This document shows, piece after piece, positions 10,845 through 19,778 of a stretch of DNA of 20,000 bases. This stretch comes from Protoeuglena noctilucae. Taxonomy: Eukaryota. The position numbers and the translations under genes are program-made. The notes under the pieces are model-generated. The model was not told where the DNA came from and searched no databases. It saw only the letters and a program-made list of their open reading frames with translations. Positions within the stretch are counted from its first letter, which is position 1. Every line of letters starts with the position of its first letter. The stretch lies in the NCBI GenBank assembly GCA_958009085.1, contig OY253684.1:921011-941010 (forward strand), read 5' to 3'.

Positions 10845-12126
10845 TCACACCATGGCCGCCTGCTCGTCCATGAAGCGCTCTGCCACAAACATGTCCTCGG
10901 GGGTCGTGACCTTGATGTTGGTGTAGTCACCCATGGTCATCTGCGCGACGAGGCACCCCGGGGCGGGTCTGCGCGACAGCCCACGGAGTCACCCCAATGC
11001 GTGCACCGCCCCGTGCACCCGTCACCTTGACAGGCAGCCCCAGCGCCTCGATGATGGACACATCGTCCGTCACGGCCAGCCCCTCCGCCTCCACCTTGGC
11101 GAATCCCTTCTTGAGGAGCTCAGGGCGGATGATCTGAGGTGTCTGCACATCCCAGAGACGGCTGCGGTCCAGCGTCTTGACGACCATGCCGTCCGGGCCC
11201 ACCTCCTTGATCGTCGGCTGCAATGGGGGCGAGACGGCGGTGGGTCAAGCGGGGCGGGTCGGTGTCACGGCGTGCGAGCGACCCACGCCGCTTGCTCACC
11301 TTCACGGGGACCCCCAGCACCGCCGCGCCGTGCTGCATGGCGTCCTCCATGCACCGCCGCACGTCCTCCTCGCGCACCAGGGGCCGCGCCGAGTCGTGCA
11401 CCGCCACCAGCGCCGCGCTGGCCGCCACCGCCTGGAGGCCGCTAAACACCGAGTCCTGGCGCTCCTTGCCCGGCCGCGCGAACTTGAGCGCCACCGCCCG
11501 GGGCAGCGGCACCGAGGCGAAGACCTCCTCGTACTCGGGGGCGCACACCACCACCACCTCACCCACCTCGGCCATCCCCGCAAACATGCCCAGGGACCAG
11601 GTGGCGATGGGCTGCGGGCGAGGGCCGCGGCACGCGATGCGAGCACGCACTGGCGAGGGACGAGGGTTGCTGACTCCCCAGCCAGCCCCATGGCACCCCG
11701 CGTGGGTCAGCCGTGATTGGGGCGACAACCAACACGCGAGCCGCCGCACCTTGCCCCGCAGATCGAGGTATTGCTTGGGCATGGACGCCTTCATGCGCTT
11801 CCCGACGCCCCCCGACAGCAGCACGACGGACACGGATCCCTCCGGCATAGCGCACACGGCCATCCGGGCGCGGCGTGGCTGGGCACCCCTTTGCGCCACG
11901 AGGCCCCCAGCGCACTGCAAGGAATGAGGCAGACGTGCGATGAAGCGCCAGTTTCCAGCAGTGGGAGGCATCCGATGTTGCCTGCCATGGAATGGAACCT
12001 CACCCGCCGCTGAGGGGCGCTGGCACGGTGCGCAGCCACAGGGCGACTGGGAGAGCGGCATGGTCGCCCAAAGCCCGGCGTCAGCGAGCGCCCAGGCACA
12101 CTCCAGGCGACTGTCGCGGCTGCCAT
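10845..12126 (-). CDS. ispD: 2-C-methyl-D-erythritol 4-phosphate cytidylyltransferase (IspD/CMS, MEP pathway), plastid-targeted, 295 aa
   Basis: Exons 12126-12004, 11914-11750, 11611-11300, 11217-11026, 10940-10845 (four phase-0 GT-AG introns, 888 nt). Motifs: [53 protein letters not shown]. The N-terminal ~60 aa are rich in Ala/Ser/Arg/Pro with no acidic residues ([41 protein letters not shown]...), as expected for a chloroplast transit peptide. Confidence 0.95.
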
Positions 12127-12959
12127 ACGAATCGCGCTCGCCTTCCCCTGCGAGCGACGCAATGCCTCCCAATGATCGCTGCCCGTGACAGCGCGCATCG
12201 CTGCTGCATAAGCACGCGAGACATCGTAAATGGCAACATCCATTCGCCCCCTCTGCATGCGCATGTGCGCCTTCGCGACAGAGTCCGAGACTGGATTGCT
12301 GCTCTCTCCCCCCAATCTGCTATTTCCCGGCACCTGGGGAGGATCGCTGCATGGCTGGCCATCGCATATGCCAACTCCGTCAGAACTTCACACGCGACTG
12401 CTCGCGCGCGGCTTGGATTTCCCTCCAAGCGTGGCTCCCACCTTGCTGGTGGCTTGATGGCCCTGCGCGTGCGAGCTGGGCGGGGCTTGATGACACTCCG
12501 GTGAACTGCAGCAATGTTGCAAGCGCAAGCGCCTTCTCCTGCTGAAAGGCGTGGGATATCACCCCCCGTTGAAGTGCTGGTTGAGGTGCTTCGCTGCCAG
12601 TGCTAATGACAAGCGCAGGGCAACCGCAGGAATCCTGCTTCTTGGCGCACGCAGCAGTTCTTCGCACCAGTAACCACTTGCTGGGTCAGCTGCACGTATC
12701 AGGCTAGCCGTTTCCAATTGTTAGGGGCACACCCGCACATGTGTCACGCCAGCACACGCAGAGGCCAACATAGCAGCTTCCGAGCAATGAGCAGAGAAGG
12801 AGTTGAAGTAATGGTGTGCGAGGGCTCCTACGCGAGGGCTCCGCGCGCCATGCGCGGCATGAGCAGCGACTGAGTGCGAGCCTTTGACTGTGGAGAGGCC
12901 TCCCAGAGCTGCGACGCTCCTGACCGACGTTGCACTGAGTCCGACTGCAACACGCTGAG

Positions 12960-15900
12960 ATGGGCGAGCGAGGCAGGCGCGGCAGGCGCGACCCAGTTCA
13001 GGTGCGCTGGCCATGCCGAGAGTCTTTGGGTGCGTAGGGCTCAGCGCGCGCGTCGCTCACTTCCTATAACTGCTGCAACTTTTTGTCGCTGCTTCCAGGG
13101 TCGGGAGGCTGCTCAAGGTGGAGGAGATGGCCCGGAAGTGGGATGCGTCGAACCGGAAGCAGCGCTTGGAGATGCTGGAGCACTTCCTGTCCGTCCCCAG
13201 CGTGCATCGCGAACTCATGGGGGAGGGCTCCATGCTCTTCTTCAGCAGGTCAGTCCTGGCGCCGCATTGCTGGTCACTGTGCGCTGCGGGGGACCCTCGA
13301 CGACCTCCCCACGACGCCCGTCCCTCGCACTCCCTCCCCCAGGGTGCTCAACTGGCTCAAGATCACCTACATGTTCGGGTTCGCCGTGTCGCAGCAGCTG
13401 CAGGCCCTCATGTTCTTCCTGCGCATGCGCGGCCGCTACCTGCACGAGTTCATCCGCATGGGGGGGCTGCAGCTGCTGCAGAAGATCATCGCGGCCAGGT
13501 CCGTGGAGGACCCCGACAAGGCCATCGCCCTCCAGGCAAGACACGGCGAGCTGTGACACCAGCGGGAGTGTCACTCTGGTGTACGCTCCCGTGTGTCGAC
13601 GCGCCCATCGCCCGCGTCCCCGCAGTGCCTGCGCACGCTGGTGGGCATGTCCACGTCGATGAAGGAGGTGGTGTGCGACATCCGCACGTCCAAGCTCCTC
13701 TGGCGCATCATGACGCAGCAGGACCCCTCCCAGGCGGTGGTGGACCAGATCCACGAGCTCTTCGTGTGCCTGGGGACCAGCAACCCGCGCTTCCAGTGGG
13801 ACATCCTCGAGGACCTCTTCGACGTCATGCAGGACGACCGCAGCGAGGCGTGTCAGCTCGCGGCACTCCACGCCAGCCGCCGCATCGTCCTCAACGCCAA
13901 GGGCATGCTGGCGGCCGTTGGGAGCGCCGCCGTGCGGCAGCAGCTCGTGCCCAGGGCCGTCGCCTGCTCCATGGCCATGCTCATGTCGCGACACGTCCGA
14001 GTCCAGGGAGAGGCAGAGAGGTTCCTCTCAGAGATACGCATCGTGCCCGGGGCCGACCTCGTACTCATCCGGCACCTCTCACGCGCCCTCGTGCACTTCG
14101 TCTCCGCACTGAGACGCGAGGGCGACAGGGGTGCGAGGGGGGACGCCGCGACCGGGCAGCCCGCGTGCACAGGAGCGGGGGCGGGGGCGGGGGCGGGGGC
14201 GTGCGCGGCCGACCGGATGCGCACGGCGGGGCGCATGGTGCGGCTGCTGGCGCGGCTGGGCCTCGCCGGCCAGGGCAACAGGGACGCGAGGGACGCCGAG
14301 GAGCGGGCGGGCGCGGGCGAGGCGCCGCTGCGGAGTGCGGGGTGCCGCCATTCGCAAAGCCACCCCACCGCAGCTGCAGACCCTCTCACCGCGCCGCCCC
14401 TGTGGCCCCTCCCCGCAGACCCCACCACGCCGGCGTCCCGTAGCGCCCGCTCTGGTGCCCGCCCCCGCAAGGAGGAGGACCCCCGGGAGTCCGAGGGCCT
14501 GGACGACATCCTGGAGGGCATGTCGATGGCGGAGCGCGTGGACCTGCTGGCCCTGCTGCAGGAGCAAGAGCCGGTGGCGGTGAGCGACGCTGAGCAGAGA
14601 CGGCGGCCTGCCCAGCGAGTCCCTCCTGGTTTCGAGCCTGCAGGTGACTGGCTCTCCTTGAGCAGCACATTGACCTTAAGTCCTCTGCCCCTGCAGTATG
14701 GGTCGCTGGTGGCGTCCTTCCACCAGCAAGCGGCAGCGGCGCGCATGGTGGGCATCATCAGCCAGTGTCTGTACTTTGAGCTCAAGACGTTCACCGAGGA
14801 GGCATTCGCGTCGGCGTCACGCAGGATCGTCCTCCAGGCGAGGGGCACTTGGTGGGGGCACGGGCGAAGGGGGGGCAGAAACTAGGGGCCATGGGCGAGT
14901 GGCCATGCAAGCGACGAGTGCGTGGGTGCACAGTGTACATGCAAGGGTGGGGCTGCCACTGTCGTGACTACAAATGGATGGGTTGGATGTCCTTGCCAAG
15001 CTGCCCCGCCTCTCATGGCCATGCGCATTCGTGGGCGCAGAACCAGACGCGGCGGTCGCTGCTCGTGGCGCTTGGGGCCGACCGCAAGAGCCGGGGAGAG
15101 GCGGGGGGTGGGGCCACGCTCCAGTCCGTGCACGAGGGGGCGGAGGAGCCGGGGACAGGGGACGGGGCGGGGGCGGAGGGGGCAGGGGAAGCCCCGGCAG
15201 CGTTGGTGGCGGGGAGTGCGGCCGTGGGTGCCGGGGCTGGGTCCAGCGGATCCCCCAGCACCGCGGCGGGGAGCGCCCCCGGCACGCGCGCCGGCCCCTC
15301 CTTCCGCAGCTCGATGCCCGGCTGGCGCGGGGGCGGGTCTTCCCGCGAGGGCATGGCCGCGACCATCCTCCGCGGCATCAGCCTCGCCACGGACGCCCCC
15401 GTCCAGGCGGGGGTGGCGGCCGTGTCCCCGGAGGCCCTGGCGTCGCGGCTGAGGGCGGTGCTGGGGGGGAGGTCGCGGGAGGCGTTGGTGGTGTCGGGAG
15501 CGTCCGTCGGGGGGGCGGACGGGGCGCCGGATGAGCTGGCAGACGGGGTGGCAGAGGGGGCAGAGGGGGCAGAGGTCGGCGGGGTGGGAGAGGGCACGGG
15601 AGAGGGGGATGCAACGGGGGAAGGCACGGGCAGCGGGGGTGACAGTGACTCCCTGCCGATCCCGGGGGAGTCTGCCGTGGATGCTTCCGCGTACGACGCG
15701 GCCATGGCGGAGATGCTGGGCGCGGCGCGGGTGGAGGCGGATGTGGACCTGGTGTCGCTACGGGGGCTGGTGGGGGAGCCCAGCGGGTCGGGGAACGGCG
15801 ACGAGGGGGCGGAGGCGGCGCTGCGTGCCCTGTCGGCTGCGGCGGAGGTGTCCCTGACCACGACGGTGCGCCGGCGGGAGCGGAGGCATGTGGTGGCCGA

Positions 15901-18049
15901 GGGCAGCGACGAGATGCTGCGTGGGGACGGCATCTTCACGCACCGCGACCTGGGAGGGCGCTTCAAGCGACGCGTGCGAGCCGTGCAGCCTGCGCTGGGC
16001 GTCATCACGTGGGCGGCGCAGCGCATGGCGGATGCGGGGCGGGGAGACGGGATGGGGTGGCGAAGGAACAGGGCCAGGGAGGGCGGAGACGAGGAGAGGG
16101 GAGGAACGGACGAGGGAGTGGGAGAGAGGGAGGACGAGGGGCACGGGGACGGGGGGCAGGCGGAGGGCGGGGTGGACGAGTCGAGGCAGGCGTTGGGGTC
16201 AGGTGCGGAGATGGCGCAGGCGGGGAGTGGCGCGGGCAGTCCAGTCGGCGAGGGCAGCCCCGTCGCTGAGGCGAGCCTGGCAGCGACGGCGGCGCCGCAA
16301 GTGGTCAAGAGCCGTCGCAGCGTGGCCTTTGCGCTCGAGCTGTCGGAGTCTGGGAGCGAGGGCGGGCAGGGCAGCGGAGGGGAGGGGTCGCAGGAGAACG
16401 TAGGGACGTCCGGGTCGTCTGCAGGAAGTGGTGTAGAGGTGAGGGGAACGGGAGGAGGGGCGTGGGCCACTTGTGCTTGCATGAAGCGACATGCGGCCCA
16501 CCTACCAAACCATCTGCAGGAAGCGGAGGCGCCCGTCGCGGCCCCTATGCCCCTGCCGCCCCCCGCCGAGTGCGTGATCGACTCGGACCTGGCGGGACTC
16601 GTGGCCGTGTCGCCCGACCTCTCCCCGCGGGGCCCCTCGCGGCCCTGGACAGCACGGTCGGGGCGGTCACCCCCGCGGATGGGGCTTGCGCCCGGGGCGC
16701 AGGGGCAGTGGACGCCGCAGTCCCTGGCGCGACGGCCCCACACTGCCCACGCGGCCGGCGGGGCGGTGGCGGTGGCCAGCCCCGACACCCCCGCCCGCCT
16801 GGACCCCGCGCTGGGCCCGGACGCGGCCCGCGTGCGCGCGTCCACCCTGCCCCGCGGGACGTCGATGCCGTCGCGACCGCGCCCCCCCGCCAGCGCAGAC
16901 AGCGAGCGCCCGCGCCCCGAGCCGACCCTAGGCCGCCTGGTGCCCCGCGCCTCCCACGGCAACTCCACGGCAGCCACCAGCACGAGCGAGGCGGCGCCGG
17001 GGCCCCGCGCGGCCCCTGCCGGCGACGCCGTGTCCCTCCTCGAGATCCTCCACCCGGAACTGGCGAGCGCCGCGCGGGGCACCGAGTCTCAGCGGGCGAC
17101 TGCCAACCTGAGCCGCATCCTCCGTCGCCGGCACACGGGTTCCGTGCACGCCCGCGCGTCGCGCGTCGACTCGGGCGGGCGTTCCAACAACGCGAGCCCC
17201 GACGCGGCCGACGCGGCGCGGGCCGCGCGCCAAGCCAGCGATATGTGGGGGGTGCCGGCGTGGGGGGCGCAGAGGGGCGACCCCGGGGGCCACGCCCGCC
17301 CCGCCCGCCAGGCGCCGGCGCCCGTGGCCGTGACCCGCGAGGACCCGCCCCCCCTGCGTCTCCAGCGCGAGCGCCTCGAGAGCCGTGGGGACGCCGTGGG
17401 CGCCGAGGTGCTCCTGGGGTCCCCCATGGACGACCTCTTGGGGGACGGGCCTGGGGACGCCGCGGTCTCGACGCAAGAGGCGGCGGGGGATGCGGGGGAG
17501 GGCGAGGGCGAGGGGGAGGGTGCTGATCCGGGCTGGCGGGACCCTGCGGCCGGGGCGGGGGACAAGGAGCGTGCCATGGACACGGGTGAGTGCGGTGTGG
17601 GGAGGCAAAAGGGGGGTGATTGTGCGAGTGTGTGCGAGGATGCCTGCGGACTCTGTCTGTGCTTTGCAGTCGGAGACTTCCTGCGCGAGATGAAGGCACG
17701 CGCCACGGCTGAGCGCCGCGAGGCCCAACGCCGCAAGCGCGCCAAGGAGGCTGCCCAGAAGGCGTTCGACGCCATCACGAGCGAGGTCCTGGTCCAGTGC
17801 CTTTTGGCGTGCCTGGGCAACGTCTTCTACCACCCCGCCCAGTTCCGCGCCGCCGAGGCCCTGCAGGTCCTCATGACGATGAAGGCCAAGGTCCACGCCC
17901 TGGTCGCGCGCAACACCGACAAGGGCCTCGCCGACCTGCTCCTCCACTACCCGCCAGGCATGGCCGTGTCCAACATGACGGAGCAGCACGTGCAGATGTG
18001 CGCGCAGATCGCGGGCGACCTCATGGGGCGCTTCAGCGAGTCCAAATGA
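12960..18049 (+). CDS. ARMH1: Armadillo-like helical domain-containing protein 1 (ARMH1/C1orf228) homolog with a very large low-complexity insertion, ~1410 aa
   Basis: Proposed exons 12960-13001 (needs -1 G; otherwise start at ATG 13127), 13099-13248, 13343-13535, 13626-14334, 14419-14579, 14697-14837, 15041-16438, 16520-17585, 17670-18049. Collinear matches to ARMH1 as recalled: GRLL..KWDASNRKQRLEMLEHF, GSMLFFSRVLNWLKITYM, RYLHEFIRMGGLQLLQKI, KEVVC, NPRFQ, HVRVQGEA, FHQQAAAARMVGII, CLLACLGN..AQFRAAEALQ. Confidence 0.8.
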
Positions 18050-18072
18050 CGTTAGTTGCTGAATTTTTCGTT

Positions 18073-18093
18073 CCCCCCCCCCCCCCCCCCCCC
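18073..18093. repeat. C21 homopolymer (G21 on the minus strand, G-quadruplex-capable)
   Basis: 21 consecutive C beginning 24 nt after the ARMH1 stop codon. Confidence 0.9.
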
Positions 18094-19040
18094 AAGACTC
18101 AAGGCGTAATGGTTCAGCCCGAACACGTCTGACACCGGCAGGGTCAGAGCGTGGGTCAACCGCGGCACGAGGGTGCGCACACCCTTCGTGAACACTGAGC
18201 ACGGCTTCGGGGTCATCATAACCAGCCAAGAGCGCCGGGCACAGGGGGGCGAACCCCCCCACTGGCCCCTTGGGAACCACACTCCCAGAGTGCGTGGGGG
18301 CTTTGCAAAGCGTCCCGGGGGCGGCAGCGTCGTTAGGCCACCTGAACGCGTGCGGTGAAGGCAGCGGCAGCCCCAAGGGACTGGGGGGACCGGATCTCGG
18401 GGACCTGGGTCCCCCGCTCTGTCCCACAAGGGGGCGCCAAAGCCGTACCAGCACTCCGAACATGACGTGAAACCCTCGGCCACCGCCCCCGACTCTGCTA
18501 GGCCCCCGCCCGCCGGCGCCCGCCCGAGGTTTCCTTGCGGGCACCCCGAGACGAGCGCCGACGGGCAGCCGGCTGTCCCGCGGGGCCGAACCCGGGCTTT
18601 AGAACCCTGGAGGGCCGGCGACCTTGAACTCCTGCACGTCCAGGCGATACCGCAATGTGAAGTACCCACCACGTCCCGCGCATGCGCGAGCAGGCTACCC
18701 ACACCATCACAGGAGTGCCATCTAGCAGACCCGGTGGGGCGCACCTTGCCGTGGCAGCCTATCACGCCCCCCGCCAGCAGAAGCAGCACAGCTGCGCCAT
18801 GACAGAGCGATGCATGCAGAGGGCGCCATGGGATACGCTGGCGAGCCCTCACCTGTTGCGGCCTCACCTGGGACTTACCTGCGCGGCGGCTGTCACCGCC
18901 CCTGGGACACCCTCCCACGCGGACCTGCCATGCGGAATTTTTCGTTTCCCCCAGCAAATCGACGCATTGAACCTTCTGGCGTGCGCATAGAGCCTTATAT
19001 CCCATGTCCTGACCCTGAGGGCCAGTTAGTGGGGTGTCGT

Positions 19041-19070
19041 ATTATAACGTGTATTCAAGTCATTGATTCC
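19041..19070 (+). promoter_or_regulatory. AT-rich, TATA-like upstream element of the tRNA gene
   Basis: ATTATAACGTGTATTCAAGTCATTGATT lies about 20-48 nt upstream of the tRNA, in an otherwise very GC-rich context. Upstream TATA-like elements are known for plant and algal tRNA genes. Confidence 0.4.
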
Positions 19071-19088
19071 GCATACCAGAATATCGGA

Positions 19089-19162
19089 GCCGGCGTGGCG
19101 CAATTGGATCGCGCAGTGGCCTACGAAGCCAAAGGTTGTGGGTTCGAGTCCCACCGCCGGCA
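19089..19162 (+). tRNA. trnR-ACG: tRNA-Arg(ACG), intronless, 74 nt, no encoded CCA
   Basis: Cloverleaf: acceptor GCCGGCG/CGCCGGC; D arm GCGC-AATTGGATC-GCGC; anticodon arm GTGGC-CTACGAA-GCCAA (ACG at 19123-19125, top pair G:A mismatch); T arm GTGGG-TTCGAGT-CCCAC; discriminator A. A and B boxes are intact and a T5 terminator follows. Confidence 0.95.
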
Positions 19163-19168
19163 GCTCCG

Positions 19169-19212
19169 CTTTTTGCCCTGCTGGGGGTCGGGGCCCCCAG
19201 CAGGGCAAAAAG
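19169..19212. terminator. Pol III T5 terminator embedded in a perfect 19-bp inverted repeat
   Basis: CTTTTTGCCCTGCTGGGGG (19169-19187), loop TCGGGG, CCCCCAGCAGGGCAAAAAG (19194-19212). TTTTT at 19170-19174 begins 8 nt after the tRNA 3' end. Confidence 0.85.
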
Positions 19213-19261
19213 GCCCCCGACCCTCGTCCATGGTCGACCCGAGACTCCCCCAGCCTCTCCC

Positions 19262-19304
19262 CTTATACACCGAGAGGTCGCGGGTTCGAGTCTTGCCGGG
19301 GTGC
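19262..19304 (+). pseudogene. tRNA-like 3' half (variable loop, T arm/B box, acceptor 3' strand) without a canonical 5' half
   Basis: CCGAG-AGGTC-GCGGG-TTCGAGT-CTTGC-CGGGGTG-C has correct spacing for tRNA positions ~39-73, with a B box GGTTCGAGTC at 19283-19292. There is no canonical A box or D arm upstream. Confidence 0.5.
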
Positions 19305-19778
19305 GTAAAAGCTGCCGCAGGTCAGTGGGGGCACTTGGCGTGGCGTTTGTCGCATGAGGGAGGACTCGGACGCGCGATGGCGCGATCCGCCGGCCGCCTC
19401 CTCGTGGCGCCCTCTGGACACCGCGCCTTTATGGCCGGTGACGAAGAGCCGGTTCACAAAAAATGGCGCGGTGGCGCGCAGTGCGGTGGTTCGGCGGTGG
19501 TTTAGCCAAGGCTGGTGGCCGGAGGCTGGCGAGTTGGCGAGGGGGTGCGGTTGGGTGTTTTGCGTGCATTCGCGACGGCTGATGCGGTCGCACATCCCCT
19601 GGCAGGCGCCAGGCGGCAGCACGACGCGCTCGAGTTCTGCTGGTCGGGACAAGCCGCGCCCCCGAGTCTAGGGGGGCTTTCGGGGCGCTGCGCGCTGTGT
19701 GCGTGCAGAGGGACGGCAGGCTTTCGTGACGGGGACGCAGAGCGACCGGCGGGACGCGGGGACCGCGCCGGTGGGACC

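Noticed and set aside
14176..14201. (GGGGGC)n repeat in ARMH1, and a (GA)n tract near 5012-5028
   Set aside because: These are ordinary microsatellites: one encodes Gly-Ala repeats and the other is an intronic pyrimidine tract on the minus strand.
1..18049. Alternative genetic code or stop-codon reassignment
   Set aside because: All in-frame stops are explained by introns or homopolymer shifts, and the genes end normally in TAG or TGA.
15013..18544. Long minus-strand ORFs (689, 538, 384 aa)
   Set aside because: They are antisense shadows of ARMH1; stop codons are rare at this GC content.
18873..18945. U1 snRNA-like ACTTACCTG followed by an Sm-like AATTTTTCG
   Set aside because: It lacks the U1-70K and U1A loops, and the spacing is far too short. 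It is better explained as the reverse complement of a 5' splice site.
18052..19005. 317-aa unspliced minus-strand ORF
   Set aside because: It has no recognisable motifs, runs through the G21 homopolymer and several splice donors, and its length is unremarkable at this GC content.
19419..19473. Hairpin CACCGCGCC...GGCGCGGTG as a possible SECIS element or SRP RNA 5' end
   Set aside because: It has no RUGA/GA quartet geometry, no upstream selenoprotein, and no SRP helix-8 motif.
18100..19770. Telomerase RNA gene or telomere-associated retrotransposon
   Set aside because: No CTAACCCT-type template and no reverse transcriptase or endonuclease ORF were seen.
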